DNA of 64,000 nt, from the NCBI GenBank assembly GCA_951406725.2, contig OX597827.1, forward strand, positions 67,084,001-67,148,000, written 5' to 3'. A model generated the notes under the pieces. That model made no database searches. It saw only the letters and a list, made by a program, of their open reading frames with translations, and was not told the DNA's origin. Shown one piece after another: positions 14,711 to 28,881 of this stretch. Every line of letters starts with the position of its first letter. Position 1 is the stretch's first letter. A program made the translations under genes and the position numbers. This DNA is from Octopus vulgaris. Lineage: Eukaryota.

Positions 14711-14915
14711 TAATTCAAACAAGAAAACAAAAACAAAAAAAACAACAAAGCAAGGACGTGGAACAAATAAAGTATTATTGGACGCTCAGGAAGGAAGGGA
14801 AGAAGGAGGGCTTGACGTTCTGAGCGGAGCTCTTCATCGAAAACATTGGAGAAGGAAAGATCCCGAGAAGGGAAGACAGGGGAAAAAATCGCTAGTGGTC
14901 CAGACGAGGTCACAT
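14707..14915 (-). mobile_element. Related TA-anchored repeat with a degenerate hammerhead-like motif (14811-14845)
   Basis: Minus strand TTTCGATGA-A-GAGC-tcc-GCTC-AGAACGTCAA, followed by TTCCTGAGCG..ATA..AATAC shared with 14476-14680. Confidence 0.5.
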
Positions 14916-14917
14916 AC

Positions 14918-15362
<445 letters not shown>

Positions 15363-15369
15363 TGCGGTC

Positions 15370-15660
15370 AAGGCAGGCAGTGAGCTGGCCGAATCGTTAA
15401 CACGCCGGGCGAAATGCTTAGCGGCGTTTCGTCTGCCTTTACGTTATGAGTTCAAATTCCCACGAGATTGACTTTGCCTTTCATCCATCGGGGTCGATAA
15501 ATTAAGTACCAGTTACGCACTGGGGCCGATGTAATCGACTATGCCTTTCATCCTTTCGGGGTTGATAAATTAAGTACCAGTTGCGCATCGGGGACGATCT
15601 AATTGATTGCCCCCCCCCCCGCTCACGAAAAATTTCGAGCCTTGTGCCTTCAAGAGAGAA
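15370..15660 (+). mobile_element. SINE family B with an internal partial duplication
   Basis: GCCTTTCATCC...AAGTACCAGTT block present twice (~15476 and ~15543). Confidence 0.82.
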
Positions 15661-15685
15661 GAATATGTACTTGGGTCGATTCTTC

Positions 15686-16097
15686 AAGGGGGTGCCCGAT
15701 TATTGTCGCACACTATTGATTAAAAAATTAAAACATTTAAAATTAAAAATATACTCAAGTTACTGATAACTCAATTATCTTTCTTTTCTTATTTTTGTTC
15801 AAATTAAGACTAGTTCATAAAACCTAACTGTGATGAAATCCAGTTTTTTGTCCAAGCATCACAGTTGCCGCAAGCAGATTGCTGTGCTGTTGATATGAAC
15901 TTGAGGCAGAAATACATGTCCGCAGCTGTCTGCTTCTTTTCAAGAACCGAGATCTTATTTGCTTAATGACTTTTTAGTTTAAGAGAAGCGGTTCTTCTTG
16001 AGATTTTCCTCCCTTTTCACATAGACTCGAACGAAATTCATGCAAGAATTTCCTTTGCTATCCTCTCGAATGGAAGAAGATAATTTCAATAAATCAT
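15686..16097 (-). pseudogene. Possible Tc1-like transposon remnant
   Basis: TIR-like AGGGGGTGCCCGATTATTGTCGCACA; minus-strand GRKISRRTASLKL resembles the Tc1 HTH region; heavily decayed. Confidence 0.3.
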
Positions 16098-16152
16098 GAA
16101 TTTGGCTTGCATGGTATTTGATATACCTAACAGTGTGTGTGTACGTCGATAC

Positions 16153-16197
<45 letters not shown>

Positions 16198-16198
16198 A

Positions 16199-16251
<53 letters not shown>

Positions 16252-16267
16252 TGTATGTATGTATCTC

Positions 16268-16308
<41 letters not shown>

Positions 16309-16348
16309 CATATATGTATATATGTAAATATAAGTATATATATACATG

Positions 16349-16398
<50 letters not shown>

Positions 16399-16439
16399 TA
16401 TATATCTACATATATAAATATTTACACACACATATATGA

Positions 16440-16493
<54 letters not shown>

Positions 16494-17026
16494 TCTAATT
16501 GAGAGAGAAACAGAAAGAAAGCAATGATTCGTATATGTATGGATGTATCACTACCCCACCCCCACTCTCTCACTAGATATACACATATATACATATACAC
16601 ACTCATGCTCACACACACATACACTCACACACACACATATACGAGAAATCTATTTCTTTATAACCATATGAAAAGGAATCGCTCTCTATACCACTTACTT
16701 TACTCCCAAGATTTATAGTATTCACTTACTTTTTATTGAGAGAACTACAATTTCACATTGATACGCACATAATACGTCTCTAAGGACTATACTATTATTA
16801 AGCTCCTCAAAATATATATGCAACCTGAGCTGAAAGCATTTCGTTGAAAAAAAAATGAATAATATATATGATTACATGGATTGCTGCAGTAAAAATTCAT
16901 TGCAATACAAGTCAAGAAACGAGGTTCATTGACATCAGCCAATCACCAAAAATATACTCGACCTGCTAGTAACTGAAGTGAAATATCGTTTTAAATTAAA
17001 TAAAAATAATAAATGCGCCATTTTAA

Positions 17027-17262
17027 AGCCTAACCAGCTTCATGGGCCCGGTTTCCCTGTTTCTATGTGTGTATGTGTTCCCCAGTTGGATAGGACGCCA
17101 GTCCATCGCAGTGTTATTCATTTTTGTCAGCTGAGTGGACTGGAGCAACGTAAAATGAAGTGTTTTGCTCAAGAACACAACGCGTCGCCCGGTGCAGGAA
17201 TCGAAACCACAATCTTACGATTATGGTGCTGACACCCTAACCACTAACCCACGCGTCTCCAC
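17027..17262 (-). mobile_element. Hybrid SINE: C-like head, D-type CORE-like body and tail type 2
   Basis: Minus strand GTGGAGACGCGTGGGTTAGTGG...GTTCTTGAGCAAAACACTTC...GCGATGGACTGGCGTCC. Confidence 0.78.
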
Positions 17263-17424
17263 ATCGTTGAAATTACAGTAATTTATATATATATATATAT
17301 ATATATATCTACATGTATGTTTGTATGTATATATATAGGTATGTATGTATATATATATATATATATATCTACATGTATGTTTGTATGTATATATATAGGT
17401 ATGTATATATATATATATATATAT

Positions 17425-17537
<113 letters not shown>

Positions 17538-17814
17538 GGACTTCTTTCCCTCCTCCAAATCTACACACAAGTCAGTCTCTTGTTGGTGATGTATAAATAT
17601 ATTTAATGTATTACCTTTATTGGATGGTTGTAAAGGCTTTCAATTGTATTTACATTCTGATCAGTGATCATTTATCCTCCACTTAAATGACCATTGTGAA
17701 AGCATCTCTTAAGTGTTTCTGGGCCATCCAATATACCTAAGAAATTCACTGAGATGAAAAATGCTGCTACGTCTAAAATATATAGATATATACCATTTTC
17801 TTTGTCTTCTTTGT

Positions 17815-18185
17815 CTTACGTGTTTCAGTCATTAGATAGAAGCCATGCTGGTGCATCGCCTTGAAGATTCTTCAGTTGAATGCTTTGACTACAGTACTTC
17901 TTTTTTAAGCTTGGTACCTGTTCTACTCTATCTGACACTTATGCCGAACCGCTGAGTTGCTGACCCGTAAACACGCCACCACGGGTTGTGAAGCGTTGGT
18001 GGATGATATAGACATGCGCAAAGACACACACACACATTCACAGACAAACATACAGACACACACATGACGGGTTTCCAAATACACTCACAACAATTTGGTC
18101 GACCCGATGCTATAAAAAAAATATTCAGTGGGACTGAACCCGGAACCACGTGGCTGGGAAGCAAGCTTCTTACCACATGGTCGCG
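17815..18185 (-). mobile_element. SINE family A, diverged
   Basis: Homologous to 28882-29267. Confidence 0.75.
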
Positions 18186-18374
18186 CAACAACAAAAAAAA
18201 AAGCCCTCCAGCTCTTCAGTTACTTACCAACTGAATGTAGGGAGAATAGTTTGCATAATGGTCACATTAGGACCTCATTATATCTAAAAAAAAAAATAAG
18301 GCGGCATGGTCACGGTCGGAATATTATTGATCTCAGTTCTGCTCGATCAGCTCTTCCTCGCACAAAATATCGCT

Positions 18375-18615
18375 ACCATCATCATCCTTCTAATCATCAT
18401 CCCCATCCCCATCACCATCACCACCATAATCATCATCATCATCATCCCCATCACCATCATCATCGTCATCATCATCGTCGTCATCATCATTCTTGTCATC
18501 TTTACTAAAACGGTCGTTATCTTGTAAAAGTACATTTTCAACATTATAAAGATGAACTTTCTTTCCCAGACGATGTAATGATAACCTTATAACAAATCAA
18601 ACCTTTCTGCATAAT

Positions 18616-18673
<58 letters not shown>

Positions 18674-18704
18674 TATTAATAATAATAATAATAAGAAGAA
18701 GAAT

Positions 18705-18742
<38 letters not shown>

Positions 18743-18822
18743 TAATATTAATAATAATAATAATAATAACAATAATAATAATAATAATAATGATGATGAT
18801 GATGATGATGATGATAATAATA
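18375..18822. repeat. (CAT)n at 18375-18490 and (AAT/GAT)n at 18612-18822
   Basis: Directly visible. Confidence 0.95.
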
Positions 18823-19465
18823 AAATATACTTTCGATAATGCAATCATGTAGTTTGAAATATCTGAAAGTTCGATAATCATAGGTTTGTTTGATCGGAAG
18901 TGATCTGAATTTTAACATCATAATCATAACGGCAGTACTGTCTTTTTGCCGAAAATATGTTCTCAGTTTTCACAGGGAACTATTTTGGTTTTGGTATCTC
19001 GCTCACTCATAGAATATGTACATAACTTTGAATCTTTAAACGTATATATAAGATAGTTCTCTCTCCAATCTGTAGGAAATAACACGGAAAAAATCACAGA
19101 AATTAATCAGTAAATAACTTAGTTTTCTAATTGTTTCACTCATCATAATGCTCTCAAATGTTTTAATTCTTTCGCTTATTTCAATGCCGTCATTGTGTGT
19201 TTACTCGAACACATCGAATGCAGAAATTATTTTAAATCTGGTACTTACTTTATCGGCTATTTTGTCGAGTCTCTATGAGAAAGTTAAACAAAATTACACC
19301 GGTCTTCAGGTGTGGAAATACAAACATAAACACGCATAGGACAGGCTTCTCAAATGCGTAAATCAATCCGGGGTTACAAATAATGATAATTGCCCAAGGG
19401 GCCATATAGTAAGATTGATACTGAAACCGTTTGATTACGACGGGAACTTCTTATTCATATAATCA

Positions 19466-19945
19466 ACCTTCTTCTTAATGCCTTTAACCCTCCAACGCTG
19501 AGTATAGGCCACGTATAGTTGAATTCCATGTCGCATAAGTTTTGGCTTCTGTACTTATATTCTGCCATGAATGTCCCCCTTTCTCTAGTTCCTTTTGTGT
19601 TGATCTCCTCCACGAGTTCTTAGGCCTACATCTCCTTCTATATCCATCCAGTTTCCACTGTAAAGCACTTTTCGCTACATTTGGTGTTTCTTTTCTAATT
19701 GTGCTACCAATCCACTTCAAATTTTTCTTAAATATTTGCTCCCTAATCGAAACTTCATGTGTTCTTTGCCATAGCTCCATATTGCTTATGCGTTCGGGCC
19801 ATCTAATTTTAAGTATACAACACAGGCATCTGTTGATGAATGATTGTATTTGCTTATTTGACTTAACTCTTGTTCGCCATGTCTCAGCCCCATACAATAA
19901 CACCGCTTTTACGTTAGTGTTAAAAATTCTTATTTTGTTCTCTAT
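19466..19945 (-). mobile_element. 5'-truncated RTE-clade LINE: C-terminal part of the RT ORF plus short (AAG) tail
   Basis: KIRIFNTNVKAVLLYGAETW...RCLCCILKIRWPERISN..W..KWIG...RPKNSWRRS is typical of the RTE C-terminus; frame open at 19484-19903. Confidence 0.9.
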
Positions 19946-21066
19946 GAGGATTTATTTCTATAAACAACCTACACCTTATTTAATTGTTTATAGTTTCATT
20001 GCTTTTATAAACTGAATAATATATTGTTTGGTTGTTTGTTTTTTTTACATATTTTCCCTATTATATAATTTGTAATTGTGTCCTGTACTGTTATTTAAGA
20101 GAGCAATAAGAACTGTGGTTTTAATATTCCGGTCGGAGGTTTCCTGAGCGTCAACATAAATGTTAGGGGTGAGTGATCCGTGAAATGAATTGCGAATTTT
20201 TAAAAGGGTGTAGTGTTCAGTGTAATTAGTCAAACACATTCACTCATGTGTACACACATCTCATTTGAGTGATTAAAGTGAAGAAACGAGCGTGTTAGTT
20301 AATTAAGCCGGCTACTTGAAACCAAGGGCCGTGGGGCTGTTAATATCTATTTAAATAAATTGAATCCTTAGTACTAAAACTTTTAATTCCTTAACGTAAA
20401 GTAATATTTGTTACATTACTTGAAATTATTATAAATGGCATTTAAATTAAACGTGACATTTATTTCCTGTAACTCTATTCCCTTCTACATCCTAATATAC
20501 TCTCTGTTGACTGACTATGCTAATGCTCCACACATTTTATCTGAATTAATTCATACCTGCGAGAGAAACGCTGACAGTTATTTCATTTCAGATTCTTTAG
20601 ATTATATTTAAATTAAATATTCTTCAGAAAAGTTTCCTGTTATAATAATTACAAAAGAAAACAATTTCTTCGAATTAATCTGATTTACCAGTTTAATCTA
20701 AACGTCAGTCTGCGTGACTAAATGTCGGAAAATATTATGCAGTGGGTCGAGGGAAGGTGGAATGCTGCAATATTTGTTATTGTTTAAACTTTTAAAATCA
20801 TATTATATAAACCATTTCTTGTTATTAATTTCTGCTATTTGGTTTACAGCACATAGGTCTGATCATGGACATTTACGGTGTATATAGTATTTTTCTTTTT
20901 TACTATGACAAGCTATTGCTATCCTTCTTCACTAAACTTTTGATTATTTCTGTGAAAAAGGAACGTGTTGAGTGGTGATCCCGCAACACATTTCATGGCT
21001 TTTCCCCCTTCTCTCAATTCGATATTGTTTTGGGAAAAAGAAACATTTTGTTCCCTCGCAACTCTT

Positions 21067-21851
21067 CTTATTTCTTTATTGCCCTCAAGGGTCAAACATA
21101 GAGGGGACAAACAAGAACAGACAAACGGATTAAGTCGATTACATCGACCACAGTGCCTAACTGGTACTTAAATTATCGACCCCGAAAGGATGAAAGGCAA
21201 AGTAGACATCGGTGTAATTTAAACTCAGAACGTAAAGACAGGCGAAATACCTATTTCTTTTCTACCCACAAGGGGCTAAACACAGAGAGGATAAACAAGG
21301 ACAGACAAACGGATTAAGTCGATTACATCGACCCCAGTGAGTAACTGGTACTTATTTACTCGACCCCGAAAGGATGAAAGGCAAAGTCAACCGCGGCGGA
21401 ATTTGAACTCAGAACGTAGTGGCAGACGAAATGCCTATTTCTTTACTACCCACAAGGGGCTAAACACAAAAAGGGCAAAGAAGGACAGAAAAACGGATTA
21501 AGTCGATTACATCGACACCAGTGCGTAACTGGTACTTAAATTATCGATCCCGAAAGGATAAAAGGCAATGTCGACCTCGGCGGAAATTGAACTCAGAACG
21601 TAGTGGCAGACGAAATACCTATTTCTTTACTACCCACAAGGGGCTAAACACAGAAAGGGCAAAGAAGGACAGACAAACGGATTAAGTCGATTACATCGAC
21701 CCCAGTGCGTAACTAGTAATTAATTTATCGATCCCGAAAGGATGAAAGGCAAATCGACATCGGTGGAATGTGATCCCAGAACGTAACGGCAGACGAAATA
21801 CCGCTACGCATTTCGCCCAGCATGCTAACGTTTCTGCCAGCTCTCTGCCTT
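21067..21851 (-). mobile_element. Head-to-tail array of SINE B: one full copy plus three 5'-truncated 184-bp units
   Basis: Unit boundaries near 21067, 21251, 21435 and 21619; the same GAAATAC/CTATTTC junction each time (GAAATGC at 21428). Confidence 0.92.
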
Positions 21852-23437
21852 TTTCCTTCGCAACCCTTCTCACGGCACGACATTGTCGATTCCGGGAAAG
21901 AGAGGCAGGAAGAAAGAGAAAGGTTGAGAAGGAGGAGAAAAAGAAGTAATTCAAAGGCACTTCATCGATTCTGATTGGATGGAACTCAAAGTTTGCCTGA
22001 CAATGTTTTAATTTGCACGCAACACATACAGCAAAGCAAGCTGCCAGACAACCGAATGTTTCTTGCATTTTACAACATATATGGACAATTACGGGGTAGA
22101 GAATAACCAATAACAGCTTCTATTTGGTGGAATAATTGAAATACTGAGATCTTGCTTCTGTGTCCATTCCCCTTATCGTGTTTACTTGTATGTTTTACAC
22201 CAGCGAAATTCAGACAGAAATGTGTTTGTAATACACTGGAGAACGATACGAATCTATTAAACTTTGTTGTAAATTCGTAACACTATGTTCGAACGGAGAG
22301 AAAGAGAAAAAAGTAAATATCACGAGAAAAAGGTCAACAAAACGGAAACCTTCCATAAATTACTAGTTTGTATTTGGTGGCGGAGGATTCCGTTGTTTCA
22401 TTGAATAAAATTGATTTCACCTTTATGTCGACATATGTGTAATGTCATTGTACAAATCGTGTTGCTATTGTATACAAGTCGTGTGTTATCTGTAGATATC
22501 TGACTTAAAATATTATGTAATTGCTTAAACCATTATTTATGGCGCTTAAGTGAAAAGTGACACTGAGTCGTATTCCATTGACATTTTTTATTCGTTCGTT
22601 CTTTCTATTTGCTTTCTACTCAATGAAAAAAATATATATATATTGTATGAAAAGAAGTGTAATTGGTAAAACGTCAGATAAGACAACATGAAGTACATAC
22701 TTACGTCGTAAGTTCAAAATCCTAATCCCATCGAGTTCAAATTTTCCATTCATTCATCAGAGTGAACGAAGTCAATGAAAGGAAGGTCGGCAAGCATAGA
22801 CTATTCTTTCCAGCGAATATATCTCCCAGGGAAATGACAGAAAAACACACCTTATGATATTCAGATCCATTCAGAGTATATATCTTACATGAGGAGAGTC
22901 TATCGTTTCAACCTGCCTCTGTCAATGACATAACATATATCATAGACTACTACGTATAATCTGCATCAAATTTTGCTACACCCGAACTGTCTAAAAAGAC
23001 CGTTTGCTGTACAACTGTTACTAACGAAATGTATCTATTATGTCTCCAAATATTAGTCGTTAATATTTCATTTCATATAAAAGCGTTGAACTGATAGAAT
23101 GTTTAGCACACCGGTCGTAATGCTTAGTGGTGTTTCGTCCGTTCTTACGTTCTGAGGTCAAATCCTGATGCTTTGCCTTTCATACTTTCTAGGACGATAA
23201 AAAATAAGTTGTGTACTGAGGTCAATGTTGTCAATTTACACCGTAACTCAAAAATGCTGGCCTAGTGCAAAATTTGGGACTGATATTTCGTTGTATATAT
23301 AACATATTAAGAAAACATATAACAAAAATCGCAAAGAAAATTAAAGTAAATGTTTGCAAAACGTTATTTTCTCCTTTTAGAAAGGAATGAAGAAGGATTT
23401 TTCAGCTTGATACGATGTATTGTACGTAGCTCTATTT

Positions 23438-23570
23438 TGGAAAAGCTGCACTGGATGTTCCAACATTTCGAGTTCTTTTACAGGGCTTAGAAAAACTGAA
23501 GGACCGCTGCAATACATGTGTGAAACCGAGAGGGGAGTATACTGGATATAATCATAATTAACTGATCCTT
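23438..23570 (+). mobile_element. Mariner-derived non-autonomous fragment (transposase C-terminus)
   Basis: LEKLKDRCNTCVKPRGEY resembles the mariner C-terminal motif; GGAAAAGCTGCACTGGATGTTCCAA also occurs at 13826-13850. Confidence 0.65.
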
Positions 23571-23969
23571 GGTAGAACAGCAAACACTACGTTATTTCTC
23601 TTGAGAGATCCTCGCATAAAGGGAGTTGGTGCATAAAAAGTGCACGCATTTTCCTTACAATTGAGGTGGAGTGATTGCAGTCAAAATTGCCAAATTATAT
23701 ACTGCTAAAAGGAAGATTCTTTTGCAAAGTTACAGAAAGGTTTATAGTTCATTTTCGGCTTTAAAAACCCAGAAGATTTTTTGTACTCAGCTTTCATCAG
23801 AATGACAAGTTCGACTCGTCGCTGTCTTTGAATTATTTATTTAAGCGATCGGAGACTTTCTCTTTTCGTTTAATACGAGCAATCCTCTCTCTAGAAATAA
23901 TACTTATATATCGATATATATTAAGTACGTCTACATCTACACACACACACATACACACACGCACACACA

Positions 23970-24049
<80 letters not shown>

Positions 24050-24741
24050 TTGTGTGTGTTTAAATGCCAAATATTATTTGCGTTGAAATATGTCCACAGT
24101 CTGTGTGTGTTTATTTATTTATGTATCGACCACTATATGTCAATGCCTATATATTTATAAATATATATGTGTGTATGTGCGTGCGGCGATTGTGATTGTG
24201 TGTGTGTGTGTGTGCATGCATCCGCCTGTGTGTGTGTTTGTACGTATGTACGTATGTATGTGTGCATGAAAATTAATACTTATCTCCCTGGCAATTTCGA
24301 ACTGTAGAAGCAGAGTGATGCTGCTATTGAATTACCGTAGCAGGCCTGCCAATCAAATCGTATTTGATCGATTTGTCTTGAAAATAATTCGATTTAATCC
24401 AGCATACATCGTGAGCTTCTAATCCGCTAAGAGTGTATGATTTCTTACCAGCACTTAATCGATGAAAAATGCAATTTTATCGTTTCTAAAACGAATATAT
24501 TGATAGATATGGGAGGTCCGACATGTGGCAGCTACGTTCTTCACACACACAAAGATAGACATAAATATATATGTATACATATATATATATATATATGTGT
24601 ATATATGTATATATATATATATCAACATATGTATGTGTATACATATATATATATATATACATATATGTTTATATACAAATATTCACACTCACACTCACAC
24701 ACACGCGAGCGAGCGCACACACACATACACACACACACATA

Positions 24742-24962
24742 TACATTGTGCGGTGTATAACCTGTCGTCTAAATTATGCAAGAATGAAAATAACCCTGGC
24801 ATTTCATTCTTGAAAAACTAAAGAATACGTTTATACAATAAAATCGCCATTGGCTTCAACTACGGCCTCCAGACTACTTCGGAATCTCTTCCAACTCTTT
24901 TGGACGGTGTCCTTGTTTAAGTTGGTGAACGCTGCCATAATGCTTGCCTTCACTCATCTTTT
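24742..24962 (-). mobile_element. Tc1/mariner-superfamily 3' end (transposase C-terminus plus TIR)
   Basis: Minus strand KASIMAAFTNLNKDTVQKSWKRFRSSLEAVVEANGDF; TIR-like TACATTGTGCGGTGTATAACCTGTCG, with a related copy at 46054-46100. Confidence 0.75.
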
Positions 24963-25559
24963 GTGAGTGAATGTATGTATATGTCTAATTGTACATGTGT
25001 GTGTATCACTTGTTAACGTGTTGTCTGTTTGTTGTCCACTGCGGTACATTCAAAACTGGTGTTTTCTATATACCCTGGTTACCTAATATATCCTACTTGT
25101 GTATTCGGTTAAGGAAATATTTGTGGAAGCTTTTCACCCGTGCGGTTTTATATGTTTGCGTTTAGCTTTCACCTCTAAACCTACGGTTTTCATATGTTTC
25201 TATCACTGTAGCTTAAGAATCCTATATTCCACTATAAAAGACAGATAGATAATTAACTCCGCAAAGCTTAGATGGCAGATATGATTAATCCTCTGAAGTC
25301 GGAGTCCCAGAATGTGTTACTGTTTGAAACCTGTTAAAGAATGAAATATAAATTTCTTTTTACTCTAATGGAAGATAAATAAATAGTACAATCAAAGGCC
25401 TTGGACTTAGATCACATGTGTTCAAATTCAAACCTCATTGGTATTCGGGTTTTACATACATTTGCTAGTGGTACCACTAAGCTGACTTTACCTGGAGATA
25501 TTAAAAAAACGTCTTACGATGTGGCATGGTGGTTTTGACAATTTATTCATTATTTAATT

Positions 25560-26165
25560 AAAGACGGTGTACTAGTAAAATCACTGGAATGGTGGACACA
25601 CTGTTTAGCGTTATTTATTCTGGAGTTTCTGTCTGATTTCGAATTCCGTTAAGGTTAAATTTGCCTTTCCTTCTGTCGGGGTAGATGTAAATCAGTACCG
25701 GGTGAGCATTGGGTTAATGCAATCGTCTTGCTCCCCACTACTATAAAATTTCAGGCCTTGTGTCCATAGAAGAAAGAATTTATATATTGATTTCAAATTT
25801 TGGCAATGGGACAGAGATTTGGGGACGGGTGGAATTCGATTACGTCCACCCAGTGTTCAAGTGGTACTTATATCACCGATCCCTTAAAGATGAAAGGAAA
25901 AGTCTCCCATGGCGAAATCTGAACTTACGACGTAAGGACAGATGAAATGCCGCTAAGTAAATTGTTTGGCGTGCTAACGATTCTGCTAGTTCGCTGCCTA
26001 AGAGAGTTATATGTATCAGTTTTAAATTTTGGCTGAAAGCCAGTATTTCCTGGGAAAGTATGGAATGCAATGTCGACCCCGACATTTGAACCCAGAATGT
26101 AAAAATGAACGAATTGCCGCAAAGCAGGTTTTCCCTGTGTGCTAACGTTCTGCTACCTCACTGCC
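25560..26165. mobile_element. Cluster of three decayed SINE B copies (+, -, -)
   Basis: Recognisable B-family head and body motifs. Confidence 0.65.
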
Positions 26166-27189
26166 AGAAAGAAATCTGTATAGTAAAATTCATTAAACTA
26201 TGAAAATCTGTAGGAGGCCACACGAACCACAAGAAATATTACTCGAATCAGCTTCAGGTTGCCCCCTCTTTGATTGATTTTTAAAGCAGCAGCTTAATGA
26301 ACGATGGTGTTCTTGATGATCAAGGAAGAACTTCAGGTCTAATGTTCATGACGGCAATGGCTTTGATCTCAGATTTTCTTGTTCAGAGTCAACCTGGAGC
26401 AGAACCGAAAAATAAAAACAAAACATCGTGAAGAAATGCAGCAACCTCTTAAATATAAAGATCAAACTCGATTTTAGAGGGATGTGAACATAAAACAATA
26501 AAATTAAATACTGAAAATCGTTTTAATTTTAGGCAAGTTCCCGCAATATTTTTCCCCCAGTTGATTGCCATTTTTTCAAAAATAAAACATTATAATTTGT
26601 TTTCCAGTATGATTTGAAAGAAAACATACAAATTGAAGTTGTTCAAAGGTAAATTTTTAATCAGACTTCAAGGAAAATACTTTGACATTTAAATGTTGCA
26701 ACAAAAGACACACAACTTAGTCATTGTTCTCTGAAGTTTGTTTAATTAATTGTTTTTGTCTGTATCTTTTTGTTTTCAAAATAATGCTTGATCTTTAAGC
26801 AGAAATCACGAAGAGAAATCACGAAGTGTTTCTTTAAAAAATCTTTATAACTGAAAGTAGAAATCACCGCCGTTTAAGCCGTAACTCTCGGCGAGGTTTC
26901 AATTACTGCTGGTGCCCAGTAGCCTGACAAATAACTGTCTCTACTTTAAAGAATCTCATTTCGGTGGAGAAGGTTACTAGATAGCATCAACCCCGGTACG
27001 TGAATGCTTCTTTATTTACCCACTTGGAATGTACGAAACGGAAAGTTGACCCCGGTACTTAAATACGTGGAACAAATAACCGAAGCATTTTGTTAGAGCT
27101 TCAAATAATTATATCAACTCACAGCTCAAATGATTTTGAATTGAGGGCATAATGTCAGCAGCTTTGAAAGAAAGGCGTATTGGATTAAA

Positions 27190-27660
27190 TTGGTTTCAAA
27201 TTTTCATACAAGACCAACTATTTTGGGGGAGGGGGTAAGTCTATTACAATAACCCAAGTGCTTAACTGGTACTTATTTTGTCGAGCCCGAAAAGATGAAA
27301 TGCAAAATCGACCTGAGCGGAATTTGAACACAGAATGTGCGGACAGATGAAATAACAACAACCTTCTTCCCGCGTTTGCTGACGATTCCACCATCTCACC
27401 ACCTTCGTATTCAATTAAATTGACACCAATAAACAGCCGTTATTTTATCCCTTTCTATTATAAGCACAAGGTCTGACAGTTGGGGGAGGAGGATAGTCGA
27501 TTACTTCGACCCCAGTACTCAACTAGTACTTATTTCATCGACCTCGAAAGGATGAAATTCACAATCGATCCATATTGGATTTGAACTCAGAAGGTAAAGA
27601 GAACCGAAATGCCATAAGCATTTTGTTCGGCGTACTTACGATTTTAACAGCGCACCACCT
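27190..27660 (-). mobile_element. Two tandem decayed SINE B copies
   Basis: TACTTATTT..TCGA.C.CGAAA.GATGAAA blocks at ~27270 and ~27528. Confidence 0.7.
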
Positions 27661-28039
27661 TTCTCTTGACTAATAATTCACATCACCTTCAAAAATGAAA
27701 CAGAGAAGAACACTTTCGTTGTTGCTTCTTCTTCTTCTTCTTCTTCTTCTTCTTCCAATCAGGACTCACGCCGTTAGCCACAAAGAATAATCTCTAATTC
27801 GATCCTGCACTAAGTTGCTAAGAATGCGTGTGGCAACTTGAAGTTCCTCCCACCACACGCGATAGACTGACGGTTGCACGGGTGCAAAAGATACGTTGTT
27901 ATCCTCATTCCGTAAACGGTGGCTTTTTAACGGGTGGAGAGCTGAACCATCATGGGGTACAGAGGATTTGCAATCTAGACTATGGTCTGAAAGTGTACCG
28001 CACCATAGTGTGTTAAACCACGGTTCTTCTGCTTTGTGG

Positions 28040-28237
28040 CAGAAGTAGGAAGAAAGAGTGAGAGAAAATTTTTGTGGCGAAAGAGTACAGCAGGGTTCAT
28101 CACCCCTCCCAGCCAGAGCTTCGTGGTGCTTAGGTGTTTTTGCTCAATGAGCACTCACAATGCCCGATCTGGGAATCGAAACCGCGTTCTTACAACCGCG
28201 ATCCGCTGCCCTAACCACTGAGCCATTGCGCCTCCAC
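28040..28237 (-). mobile_element. SINE family C (head and body)
   Basis: Homologous to 7090-7276. Confidence 0.85.
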
Positions 28238-28881
28238 TATTGCCGTTGTTGTTGCTTCTTGCTTGGTAGCAAAGTTTCATTTCCCTTAAGCATGCAAATT
28301 AACTTTGTGGAAGTAATTTCTTTGCTAATTAGCTTTCCCAATTCTAATAGAGTTACTAGCAATTGCCAACATTTTTTATATTCCTTTAAGGAGCATATTT
28401 CAGCGAATTATTTTTGTACACTTTTGCGTGCGTGTATATGAACGAGCTTAAATTTACTAATCTGTAAACAAGACATTTTCAAATTTGACTTCCCTTGGCT
28501 TAATGTCTCTTTAATTATGTAACTGATCCTGGCCAAAAATCATTAACAAATCTTAAATATTTTTCCATGCGGAATAATTATCAGCTGATCATGAAAGCTT
28601 GAAAAAACAGTTCTATGTTGATCATTTATGACAGACCAAAATATTTTCACAGTTATAACTCACTGGACATGTAAAGTAAATTCGAAACCCATTTCTATAT
28701 CGTCAAAGTTAAACTCAGGACTACCGTGATGACAGTTTCTCTCTTCAACACTTGATAATTTCAATGAATTACAATCATTTTTTGATACAGTATTCAACAC
28801 AGTAACCCTCAAATTTCTTATTTGTTCTGTGTTATTGTTTCCACATAACTCATTTTAGTTATAAATATTTGTCAAAAACTA

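Noticed and set aside
21067-21851. CRISPR-like regular array
   Set aside because: The units are entire repeated SINE bodies without unique spacers, in a eukaryotic context with no cas genes
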